Under the pieces are notes generated by a model, which ran no database searches, had not been told where the DNA came from, and saw only the letters and a list, made by a program, of their open reading frames with translations. From positions 33,604,001 through 33,668,000 of the forward strand of contig NC_043008.1 in NCBI RefSeq assembly GCF_006345805.1: DNA of 64,000 bases. The letters are read 5' to 3'. Positions 1-10,878 of the stretch are shown here, piece after piece. How positions within the stretch are numbered: the first letter of the stretch is position 1; each line of letters opens with the position of its first letter. The translations under genes were made by a program, and so were the position numbers. The DNA is from Octopus sinensis. Taxonomy: Eukaryota.

Positions 1-130
1 CCAATCCACTCACAAGGCATTGGTCAGCTCAGTGCTATGATAGGAGACATTTGCTCACAAAGTACTTCATAGAGGGGATGAACTTGTGACTATGTGGTTT
101 CAAAGCAAGTTTCTTAATCACACAGCCACA
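1..130 (-). mobile_element. tRNA-headed SINE family A, partial (cut by window edge)
   Basis: Reverse complement of the GTGGCTGTGTG-TAAGAAGCTTGCTT... head shared with many copies in the window. Confidence 0.75.
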
Positions 131-1664
131 TATGAAAGAAAAAAACAATTTAGTTCTCAGCATTGAATAAAACTTAATTTTTCCCTTCACTTATTTCCAG
201 ACAACACATGCATGCTTATCTATAAAGATTGCTGTTAGCTTTGTAATGTATTCAAATGTTATACAGAAGCTTTTCATAAGAAAATGAAAGACATGAGAAT
301 TTTATTGTATATGTGCAAATGTAAAAGAATTAAATAGAAGTAAGTGTTGCAACTTGAGCAGGATGTATTTAATATTCTGTTTATACATAAATATTATATA
401 CATTTTTAATAGTGCTATAATATAATATAAAACATATCTATAAGCTTTTTAGTTAGCAGTGTGTTATGATGATTGTAAATGATTTGTCTGTACAATACAT
501 GATGGACAAAGAAAAAAGGAAAAGGTGTCTGTACATTTCAACTCTCATAGGTGTGTTTAAGAGTTGAAATGTATGTATAACCGTTCCCTCTGTTTCTGTT
601 CACATGTATTGATCAAACAGTTAATTTACAATCATCATGATACACTGTTGGCTGAAAAAAAAATTATTGATGTTCTGTAGTGTATTATTGCAATGATATA
701 AAATATGATTAACACAGCAGTAATTAAATTTTCTATGGTGTTAATAGAGCATGCTATCCTGCCCTGCCTTTAGTAAGGTTCATTGTATTCTATTCAGTTG
801 GTTTGGCTTTACAGTAATTCTGCTGAACACATTTTTCATTTGTTTTTCAATTTCTAAATTATACAAAAATATATCTTAATTCTTGAAATTTTATTTAAGC
901 GACCAAGCATATTCTATTCTAAACAATTCTCCACTACACGGAATTAGGGGAAAAACAACAAACTAATACGGCTATATTTATACTCACGCACACACACCAC
1001 CACCACCATTATCATCATCATTTAGTGCCAATTTTCTACACTGGCATGGTTTGGATAGTTTGACAGGATCCAATGAGTCAGAATAATGCACCATGCTCTA
1101 ACATCTGTTTTCAGTATGATTAGGAAATTATTGTGTACTTGCAAAACTAAAGAGCCACCTCAACTGATTGAGAGTATAGCAGAGAGAGAGAGAGAGCGAG
1201 GTTCCTTTAAGCTAAGTTTTGTGAGGTTAAAGTTTTAAAGGACAGGAACAGCTTTCTTACTGTAGATGAGATAGCTAGCTACCCAACTTCATGTAAGTGC
1301 ATGTGGAAATGGGTAAAACTGAAAAGAGAGATAAAGATGGTGATGATGAGGTGTCAGAACATACCATCAAAGTACAAGGTGTATAGAAGAGTGAGTGGAG
1401 ATAAATGATCAGGAAGGGTGAGTAAAGGTTACAAAGGTGAGAGAGGGAAAGAGAGCTGGTAAGAGATTGTGGCAAGGGGAATGTAGTGAATGGTGGACAA
1501 AGGTGGACTAGTGGTCAAAGGAAAATATGTGCTGGGTCATAATGATAAAGAATGAGGGATGATGTCAATACAAGTTGCTCAGGAGAAAGGAGGTGGTGAC
1601 TGGCAGTACAGAAAGAGTGAAAAGAAGTAACAGGTAGCTTGATTGAGGCAACAAATGAATTTTT

Positions 1665-1875
1665 ATTTTACTTGTTTCAGTCATCTGGCTGCAGCCAAGC
1701 TGGGGCATTGCCTTGCTGGGTTTTAATCGGACAAATTGACCGCAGGTTTTATTTTTTTTAAAGCCTAGTATTTATTCTATTAGTCTCTCTTTACTGAACC
1801 ACTAAGTTACAGGGTTGTAAACACACCAGTACCGGTTGTCAAGTAGTGCAGTGGCAAGGACACACAAACAGAAAG

Positions 1876-1928
<53 letters not shown>

Positions 1929-2090
1929 TAGATAGATAGATAGATATGACAGGCTTCTTTCAGTTTGAGCAAGTGTATTCTACTACATTCTTGGGCCTTG
2001 TGAGTGGATTTGGTAGACAGAAACTGTGAGACTGAACCCCAAAACATGTAGTTGGGAAGCAAGCTTCTTACCACACAGCCAAACCTGCAC
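1665..2090 (-). mobile_element. SINE family A with internal (TA)n/(GA)n/(GATA)n and an internal inversion
   Basis: Head at 2040-2090, tail ...GAAACAAGTAAAA at about 1665-1680; segment 1967-2020 is flipped. Confidence 0.8.
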
Positions 2091-2224
2091 GTATTTGTTT
2101 AATTTACTTTTACATTAATTTAATAATTATGTTTATTATTCGAATAGGTATTCATTTCATTATTTTGTATAATCAGAATTAAATTTGAATATAATCCTAT
2201 ATTCATTGTACATAGGTACTTCTT

Positions 2225-2641
2225 AGCCACATAATATCGGATTCATTTCCACTGTTGGCACCTTAGGCAAGTGTCCTCTACTATTGTCCTGGGCCTTGTA
2301 AGTTCATTTGGTAGGCGGAAACTGAAAGATCATCATATCTATCTATCTGCCTACCTATCTATTTATTTAGATCATCATATCTATTTATCTACCCACCTAC
2401 CTACCTACCTACCTGTCTATCTATCTATCTATCTATCTGCCTGTCTGTCTATGCATGCCTGTGTGTAAGTATCTATGTGTCTGACTACAAGTATTGGTTT
2501 GTTTACGTACCTGTAACTTAGCAGCTCAGCAGAGCAGATAGATAGAATAAGTACCAGGTTTAAAAAAGTAAGTAGCAGAGTCGATTTGTTTGACTAAAAC
2601 CGAACGTGAGTCAAGTGACAGAAATAGCTAAAAAAAAAGAG
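2225..2641 (+). mobile_element. SINE family A, degenerate, with compound (ATCT)n/(ACCT)n microsatellite
   Basis: GGCACCTTAGGCAAGTGTC...GGAAACTGAAAGA core and GTAACTTAGC...GAATAAGTAC tail. Confidence 0.75.
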
Positions 2642-3021
2642 ATGCATTAACCTTGCTGTTATTTCTCACATTGGCAAAAAAGTATACCTCTGCAGTTGGT
2701 ACTTGTCATATGAGGACCAAATCCTGGTTGATAAATAAATGGCCAAATAAAAATGATGAAGACTTTTGTGCTGGATTTTATTTATTGATATTCATGTCAC
2801 AAATACATAACACGAAAATAAACAATTTCCTACAAAACCTGCTCAACTTCATATCAATTTGAATCAAGATCTGTGTAACAATAATATTTAATATGTAGAC
2901 GAAAATAAGAAAGATAAGAAGGTGAATTTGAAAGCGGAAATGTATTCATTGAATCAATAATACTTAGATTACATTATTGGCATTTAGTTGTTTAAGTTTG
3001 AATGTTTTAAAATCAATATGT

Positions 3022-3180
3022 AGGTGCAGGCATGGGTGTGTGACAAGAAGCTTGCTTTCTAATCACAGGATTCTGTCTTCTGGCCTACTGCGTGGCACCT
3101 TTGGCAAGTCTTTTCTACTATAGCCTCTGGCTGACCAAGGCAGATTTGGTAGATGAAAATTGAAAGAAGCCCATTGTGTG

Positions 3181-3218
<38 letters not shown>

Positions 3219-3610
3219 AATATAGAATAGTGGTACAAGGCACCAGAGTTTACTAGAAATAGCAGTCAATAATTTTATGACGCTATATATTATACCAGGT
3301 GCATTAAGAATATATTCTCTTACTAAAGCACAGCCAATCCATGAACTAACAACACACATACCTTGTGTATGTGTGTTTGATTTTGTTTACATTATATATA
3401 TATATATATATATACACACACATATATATACACATATGTATGATGGGCTTCTTTTATATATATATATGCTGGTGTGTTTGCATCCCTGTAACTTAGCAGT
3501 TCGGCTAAAGAGACCAATAGAATAAGTACTGATGTCGATTAATTTGACTAAAATTTCAAGGCACTGCCCTAGCATGGCTGTAGTCTAATGACTGAAACAA
3601 GTAAAAGATA
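3022..3610 (+). mobile_element. SINE family A with internal (TA)n runs and extra sequence
   Basis: Head at 3022, tail GCATGGCTGTAGTCTAATGACTGAAACAAGTAAAAG at about 3570-3607. Confidence 0.8.
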
Positions 3611-3685
3611 ACATCCTCAAACTTTTTTTATTCTTCATATTTTCACCTTTTTTGAAAAGACATGTTTTTTTCTGTTTAGAAACTA

Positions 3686-3920
3686 GGGCGGCAAGCTGGC
3701 AGAAGCGTTAGCACACTGGGCGAAATGCTTAGCTGTATTTCATCTGCCGTTATGTTCTGAGTTCAAATTCCGCTGAGGTCGACTTTGCCTTTTATCCTTT
3801 CGAGATCGATAAATTAAGTACCAGTTATGCACTGGAATCGATGTAATCGACTTAATTCCTTTGTCTGTCCTTGTTTGTCCCCTCTATGTTTAGCCCCCTG
3901 TGGGCAATAAAGAAATAAGA
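3686..3920 (+). mobile_element. SINE family B (GCTGGCAGAAACGTTAGCA head, GAGTTCAAATTCC B box)
   Basis: Near-identical copies at 14140-14306 (-) and 51412-51637 (+); same head with other tails at 12925-13110 (-), 13975-14135 (-), 38938-39150 (+) and 61250-61410 (+). Confidence 0.85.
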
Positions 3921-4004
3921 ATCTAAAAGTTTGCAAATTTGAAATGAATTTTTTCTCACAGTGGAGAGAGCTAGATTGTCAGTTCAGTTACAATGGAGGA
4001 TAGA

Positions 4005-4260
4005 TGGAAACAGAGAGGATGGGACAATCTGTGTTCAGGTGCCCCTTTCAACTCTCTCCATGATCAATTTTCAAGGTATCACCTATTTTCAGCTAGTGCA
4101 ACTCTCAGGGGACTGGATTGATGCCCTGCCTGCACCAACATTGGAGGTCTACTCAGTGTAGATGAACTCCACATCTCCATCGCACTCAGAGTGGGAGTTG
4201 ACGTCTGTAGAGGGTTGAGATGTCATTGTGGTAGGCCCCTTGACCCCATCAGTAACAATC
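4005..4260 (+). mobile_element. CRE-clade (RLE-type) non-LTR retrotransposon ORF fragment, frameshifted
   Basis: Shifting frames give KQRGWDNLC / SGDWIDALPAPTL / LSVDELHISIALRVGVDVCRGLRCHCGRPLD. This matches the WLxALP...LRLG...CxCG motif upstream of the CCHC/RLE region. Confidence 0.6.
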
Positions 4261-4451
4261 TTCCCTTCCAGGACAGCCACTTTACATTGGCAAAAGTCTT
4301 TACTTATTTATTTATAAACAGATTCAGAATCTTTTCCTAACATCGAAATCGGAAGACTGCATAATAAAACTTAATAAATATGAAGTTAAAGACGGTGGGG
4401 GAGTGTAAGAATCCACACTTAACAAGTACTTACTATACAATATTTAAGGTG

Positions 4452-4844
4452 GGGTAGCACTCCGTTGGTTACAAAGACGAGGGTTCCAGTTGATCCAATC
4501 AACGGAAATTAACGTGCAAGTGACTGAGCACTCCACTATCAATTCAGTTTCTGAATAGATCCCACTCCACAGACGCATGTATCCTTAACGTACTTTGCAG
4601 GGAGATTCAGTGTGACAAGGCTGGCCCTTTGAAATACAGATACAACAGAAACAGGAAGAAAGAGTGAGAAAAAGTTGTGGTGAAAGAGTACAGTAGGGTT
4701 GCACTCCACTCCACCTGCCAGAGCCATGCAGAGCTTTAAGTATTTTCGTTTGATAAACATTGACAACGCCCAGTCTGGCAATCGAAACCTCGATCCTAAG
4801 ACTTCAAGTCCACTGCCCTAACCACTGGGTCATTGCGCCTCCAC
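4452..4844 (-). mobile_element. tRNA-headed SINE family C
   Basis: The - strand starts GTGGAGGCGCAATGACCCAGTGGTTAGGGCAG (A box) ... GGTTTCGATTGCC (B box) and ends ...GGAGTGCTACCCC. Confidence 0.8.
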
Positions 4845-5173
4845 ATATCTAAGGTATAGTTGTGCAATTCAACAAACGGAAATAAGCTAGCAGTAACTTT
4901 TACGTTCATAATATAGTTGAAACTGAGGGAAATTGCGATGTTCCATTCTTTAAAATCATTAACGATTGTTGGCAAAGTATTAACTTTAGATTTATATCGG
5001 AATTGTAGACTGGTATCGGTTGTCCAAATCCCTAACTGCTTTTCAATGATGAGACACACACATACATTAGTCTAGATGAGTCCTGAACAAGTAGCCTTAT
5101 GAAGTAAAACCATTCTAATCACCCAGTCCTTTTTCTATGAGCAGGAAAATTAAGAGCACCTTTATCCAATGTA

Positions 5174-5910
5174 GGATCTTTTCCTTTTGAACAGCATTTT
5201 TCAACACAATTTCTGGTTAACTTTAAAACTTCGTTTACTGGTAGAATATGTAAAAATAAAACATTTTTTTCTTTTGGCTTTCTTGAGAAAATTGTAATTT
5301 GTTTGTTTAACGTAGTTTAATTTTTCGAATTTTAACCAATGAATCGCCTCTAGTGAGCTAAAATCATTTGCTGCATCTAAAACTGAGACAACATCCTGTT
5401 GTTAAATTAATTTGTTATGCATGTGTCTAAAATTATTCGTTTTTTTTTTTTGAGTTTTTGCTTTCGTTTTAACCTTTCGTTATGTATGCGTACGGAAAGC
5501 GTGTGTATAAAATTATAGAATTATTTTGTTTGTTAATTCTTTAAATTATTTTCCATTGCTTTCGTTTTAGCCTTTCATTTTTTTTCTTAATTGTTATCCT
5601 TAAATTAATTTAACAATTAAGAAAAAAAAAAAACGAAAGGCTAAAATTTAGGGTTAGGGTGAGTGTTAGGGTTAGTGACAGGATGTTATCTCAGTTTTAG
5701 ATGCAGCAAATGATTTTAGCTCAATAGAGGCAATTGATTGGTTAAAATTCGAAAAATTAAACTACGTTAAACAAACAAATTACAATTTTCTCAAGAAAGC
5801 CAAGAGAAAAAAATGTTTTATTTTGACACATTCTACCAGTATATGAAGTTTTAAAGTGTTTAGTTAACTAGAAATTGTGTTGAAAAGTGCCGTTCAAAAG
5901 GAAAAGATCC
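5174..5910. mobile_element. MITE with about 225-bp TIRs and 8-bp TSD CCAATGTA (Merlin-like)
   Basis: Ends GGATCTTTTCCTTTTGAAC... and ...GTTCAAAAGGAAAAGATCC; TSD at 5166-5173 and 5911-5918. Confidence 0.9.
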
Positions 5911-6137
5911 CCAATGTATTCTATTCTATGACAGAAGACTGCTGTTTTCAACATATCGACCGACCTAGTATAGGCTTCTCTCATTGGGTTGGGTCCATTA
6001 GCCTGTTTTGATATTGATTTCTATTATATGCATAACGCTTCACCTTTAGAGAGTGGGATATTTTTAAATACAAATATTCGACTATACACGAGCTCCGAAT
6101 AATGTTTCTTGTAGAGGCAGAAGTTAGTTAATTATTG

Positions 6138-6980
6138 GGATCTTTTCAGTTTGAACAGCAGTTTTTTCTAGTGGTGTCATATGAAATTGTCACCCATAAT
6201 TGTGACCCTAGTATCGATCTATTGCATTTCAATCTGTTTTAGGGTAGGGTTAGGGGTGGAGGGAAGGGTATCTTTTTTTCTTCGCAAATGTAAATAAACC
6301 CAATCTGTTTCTTAAACGAGGGACATATTCATACGGCACAGAATGTTGTTTACCTAAATGGACGTCATTGATTGGTTGAAATTGAAGAAAAAAACAACAA
6401 ATATCTTACAAAGTATAGAATTTTCTCAATAAAGCCAAAAGAAAAAGATGTTGGATCTTTTCCTTTTGAACGGCACATGTCAACACAATTTCTAGTTAAC
6501 TAAATTCTTTTAAACTTCGTATATTGGTAGAATGTGTTTATAAAACATCATTTTTTCTTGGCTTTATTGAGAAAATTCTATATGTTAGGGGTGGGGGAAG
6601 GGTATCTTTTTTTCTTCGCAAATGTAAATAAACCCAATCTGTTTCTTAAACGAGGGACATATTCATACAGCACGGAATGTTTTCACCCCAAATGGAGGTC
6701 AGCGATTAGTTAAAACTGCCGAAATGCTTGAAATTAAAGTGGAAATATGTTACATGTAGAATTTTCTCAAAGCCAAGAAAAAATGATGTTTTATAAACAC
6801 ATTCTACCAGTATACGAAGTTTAAAAGTGTTTGGTTAACTAGAAATTGTGTTGACATGTGCCGTTCAAAAGGAAAAGATCCAAGATGTTTTATAAACATT
6901 TTCTACCAGTATACGAAGTTTAAAATTTTTTAGTTACCTAGAAATTATGTTAAAAACTGCCGTTCAAACCGAAAAGATCC
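6138..6980. mobile_element. Merlin-like MITE hosting a nested relative
   Basis: GGATCTTTTC...GAAAAGATCC ends; TSD AATTATTG/ATTTATTG (1 mismatch); same family as 16719-17129. Confidence 0.85.
6453..6881. mobile_element. Nested Merlin-like MITE with 8-bp TSD AAGATGTT
   Basis: About 115-bp TIRs; TSD at 6445-6452 and 6882-6889. Confidence 0.9.
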
Positions 6981-7379
6981 ATTTATTGTGTATGTATGTG
7001 TGTATGTAAGTATATATTTGTATTTGGATTTTCAATAGCTATAATACAATATGCTAATAGTACTATGACTTGCATGTGGCACGCAAACTTATTGGAGCTT
7101 GGTGAGCTAACAAGAGAGGGCTTCTAAGTCAGGCACAGGCAAACTTTTTTGAGGAGCGAACAGCATGAGACCTGATTCATCAACAGACAGCTGCACAATT
7201 AAAATGAGTGAAGGTAATTTTTCGTCAGGCGTACTATTCAGAAAGTCCCGTAGGTTGCCCATTACTGTTTTACGTGGTCACCAGACCTGCTAGATATAAC
7301 CACCAATTCACATCGAAATCACATCCGACCACCTTAAAAAATACATACGTGGCCTTCTACATGGGATGTAGCCAGCCCA

Positions 7380-7856
7380 CTTATGCATACCTTCCCTTCT
7401 TGGGACACAAAACTCTACTTGTGAAGACCTGTTGAGGCAAGTGAGAATCAGAATCAGAATCGATCAATGGAAATTGCAGCTGAGTTACCAGTGCCGGTGG
7501 CACGTAAGAGAACCATCCGAACGTGGCCGTTGCCAGCGCCGCCCCGACTGGCCTCGTGCCGGTGGCACGTAAAAAGCACCATCCGTTCATGGCCGTTGCC
7601 AGCCTCGCCTGGCCCCCGTGCCGGTGGCACGTAAAAAGCACCATCCGATTGTGGCTGTTTGCCAGACTTGTCTGGCACGTAAAAAGCACCCACTACACTC
7701 ATGGAGTGGTTGGTGTTAGGAAGGGCATCCAGCCGTAGAAACATTGCCAGATCAAACTGGGCCTGGTGCAGCCTTTTGGCTTCCCAGACCCCAGTTGAAC
7801 CGTCCAACCAATGCTAGCATGGAAAGCGGACGCTAAACGATGATGATGATGATGAT
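7380..7856 (+). mobile_element. RTE-tailed SINE / LINE 3' end with internal about 60-bp tandem units (GTGCCGGTGGCACGTAAAAAGCACC) and (GAT)n tail
   Basis: Ends GCTAGCATGGAAAGCGGACGCTAAAC(GAT)n; a related copy lies at about 28860-29225 (-). Confidence 0.75.
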
Positions 7857-7881
7857 ATGCACGCACGTTCATATATATATA

Positions 7882-9739
7882 GGTGGGGGTACCCAAAAGT
7901 AACCAGAAACATTCTCTGTCGGACAAACCCGTTGTAGTTCAGGCTTCACTTATACATCAGTTTGCCGACCGGCGTCATCAGGTTATGATGGAAGGCAAGG
8001 TTTACGATATCGGGAGAATATCGCCGTCTCCCATTATATCTTGTTCATTGTGTAGTTCAGGCTCCGGCAGGCGAAGAAAGAAGTCTAAGTACAAATGCAA
8101 TTTACAACCGGTTTATTTACAAGTTTCACAGAATAGGTAAAGTGTGTTGCTCTCAGCAACCATCTCGAACTGTGTGCATTGTGTTGTATCTCCGTTAGTG
8201 CGGGCACATTGCCTCTGGAGGTACAACAGGCAAACAGCCCCAGCCAGTGAAGTGTGATCAGCAAGCGCTGCTGCAAAGAAGCAGAGAGAAAGAATCTGTT
8301 TCTGTTTGGCCCTTATATACAGTTTGTCATCGCGAGCCTTGTTGTGATCCCTTGCATGGCAAATGGATGCAGGTGAGGTCTCGCTCCAGTCTTGGAGATA
8401 GCAATGGTTGCCGTGAGATCTCATCCAATACGGCACTGACTGCTTGTGTCACTACAAAGTTAAGTCGTGCTGTCAAATGGTGCATCTTTGTTTTGCAGTA
8501 TTTCTCCCCTGTTCATCGATTTTTGCAATGGCTGATACAAAGGAACAGCGTGTTTCCGTGAAATTCTGTTTTCTGTTGGGGGAAACGGTGGCCGAATCAG
8601 TTGTCATGCTTGGAACAGTTTACTAGGATGCTAGGAAAGACTTCCTCCCGAACCCACGCCATTTTCTCGCAAATTATTGTTGTTTTAAAATTTTTTCATC
8701 AAAAACCCACGTTTTCGGATGTGGAAAGTCCAGAAAATTGCCAAAAATCGGAATTTGGGAATCTTTTGCCCCCGCCCCCTTACTACCTTACCCCAATTTC
8801 TTCATTTTTTACTTTTTCCGTAACCGTAACACCCTAACCCTATAACCCTAACCGTAAAACCCTAACCCTAAGTAGAAAAATTTTTGGAAATTTTTTCAGA
8901 ATCATTATCTCCGCATTTTCCCGCATATTTTGAAAAATAAAAAAATTCTGAAAAAAGTTTAAAATGAAGACTTTGGCAGGGGGTGGGGGTGGATTTCAAA
9001 ATGTCGATTTTTGCCAATTTTTTTGCAGATTTGTATTCTCCGTAGCCAAAAACGGGGGTTTGTGTAGAAAAAAAACTAAATAAAAAAAGGGGTGTTTTTT
9101 TGTAGGTGGGGGGGGGATACAAAAGGAAGTCTTGCCAGATGCTGCCATGAGCAAAACACAAGTTTACGAATGGTTTTTACGCTTTAGGAATAGTCATTTG
9201 TCGCTTGAAGACCAACATCGTTCATGACGAACGTCGACTTCCCGAACGAATGAAAACATCATGAAAATTCATGAACTGAACTTGGAGGGTCGTCATCGAA
9301 CAATTGACGAACTTGTTGATATGACTGGTGTGTCCTGGAGCTCCTTCCTACGAATTCTGAGCGAGGAATTGAGAATAAAAAGAGTTGCAGCAAACTTTGT
9401 GCCTCGCTTGCTCACGGAAGATAATAGTCATGACTGAATGCGTGTTGTAAACTGAAAGAACAGCTGGAAGTTGAACCGGACCTGTTTTCGAATGTGATTG
9501 CTGGTGATGAAAGCTGGTGTTAGGGAATTTGCAAATGTGGAAGAGAAGAAAAGGAATGACGGAGGCGTTAAAAGGTATCTTCGGAAGAGTTCCAGGACTG
9601 CTTCGAATAGTGGAAAACGCGCCTGGACCTATGCATTGCTTCAAATGGAGAATACTTTGAAGGCGATAAAAGAGTAAACATGTAAAATAAATTAATAAAA
9701 TAATATTGCAAAATTCCGATTTCTTTTGGTACCCAGTCA
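7882..9739 (+). mobile_element. Internally deleted mariner (Tc1/mariner) transposon relic
   Basis: MADTKEQRVSVKFCFLLG...AMSKTQVYEWF...GVSWSSFLRILSEELRIKRVAANFVPRLLT...VIAGDESWC, then a jump to ...CIASNGEYFEGDK. Degenerate GGGTACC(C)AAAAG TIRs with flanking TA. Confidence 0.8.
8634..9136. mobile_element. GG-ended insertion in the mariner ORF, carrying a (CCCTAA)-like tract
   Basis: TIR GGAAAGACTTCC / GGAAGTCTTGCC; duplicated target core GATGCT; a partial relative lies at about 32040-32155. Confidence 0.7.
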
Positions 9740-9899
9740 TAGGTAGGTAGATAGACAGATAGAAAGACAGACAGCTAGATACATACATACATACATACAT
9801 AAATATCAAAATCAAAAAGGAGAAAGCCGATTCAAAGACTACATATCTAATCCATCACTGGAACTGTAAAAATCTGTAAAACTTACCAGAAGTTTATCA

Positions 9900-10256
9900 T
9901 CTCTATACATATAAATGGCAAAATGTCTGCCTGTGTCCTTTATACAAATCCACAATCTTTCAGTTAGAGAGCTCGCACTTTCTATGGTCATTCAAAACCG
10001 TCCAAGGGTGGTCGTGCACATATTTACATTTCCCCAGTCACCCGGCAAAGCCATTAAAAATAGAAGTGACTTTTTTGTGAATTTTCTATCCAAAACCCAA
10101 TCAAAATGCCCGAAACTTGGTACGCCAATTGAATGCCAGCTAGCTGTATGTGATTGGTCGGAGATTTGGACAGTACTCGCGTGTGTGTGTGCACGCACGC
10201 AGCTGTATATGTGTGCACTAGCACTATGACTCGGCAACGCCGGGTCATAGTGCTAG
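9900..10256 (+). mobile_element. Non-autonomous Helitron
   Basis: A|TCTCTATACATATAAA 5' end; 3' hairpin GCACTATGACTCGG-CAACG-CCGGGTCATAGTGC; ends CTAG|T with no TSD. Confidence 0.85.
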
Positions 10257-10323
10257 TTTAAGTATATATGAGCATGTCTAGATATGCATACATACATATA
10301 TACATGCATGCATACATACATAC

Positions 10324-10878
10324 ATGGTGGCTGCCCCCTCGTTATCGAGTATGGCCATTGCACGAAGCTTAACCAATGTTGTTATCGTGCAATGCCTGTG
10401 CAAGAAGATTTTTTGTAAAGTGAGGAAAGGCTGTGCACTGAGTCAATCCCACTCACTAAGCAACAGCAGCCATAATCCGAAAAGAAGAGCAAGTCAACAT
10501 CATCGGTAACCACTGAGCCGCAGGTTTTATGTCGGAGTTATCCCAGTTACCTGAGTTACCTTCTCTTAGAAGGATGCCCTAACAAAGGCTAGGAGTCCTT
10601 CACTCCCAATGGTTTAATCGCGCGATCGGGTATTCAGTCCGATTATTTCTATGTCCCCGCGCATGATATAGCCTTAAGACATTTATTGGATGGCCATTGA
10701 CTCTCAAGAGTTACTCCGCCCTTTGACGGGTTTTGTTTTACATCCCGCAGGGTGTCCAATAAACACCCTCCTCACCAAGCAAGCTTAGTGGGGTTGCCGG
10801 TTTAGTCGCCGACGACCCGACCATGCAACAGGTTGTACTGAGTTACATGTTACCAGTAGCACTCGAAAGTGACCTGAC
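10324..10878 (-). mobile_element. Non-coding RTE-like retroposon with (ATGT)n tail
   Basis: The - strand has GGGCATCCTTCTAAGAGAAGGTAACTC, resembling RTE 5'UTRs, and ends GGGGCAGCCACC(ATGT)n. Both ends are embedded in ACAT repeats. Confidence 0.5.

Noticed and set aside
7490-7690. Regularly spaced ~25-30-bp repeats with variable spacers (CRISPR-like look); also at 28990-29190
   Set aside because: These are internal tandem units of a eukaryotic SINE/LINE tail. The spacers resemble each other and there are no cas genes.
10780-10875. Possible HDV-like ribozyme at the 5' end of the RTE-like element (CTGGT/ACCGG pairing, GTCG hairpin, CTAA)
   Set aside because: The distance from the putative P2 5' strand to P1.1 is about 33 nt rather than about 20, and I could not build P3/L3.
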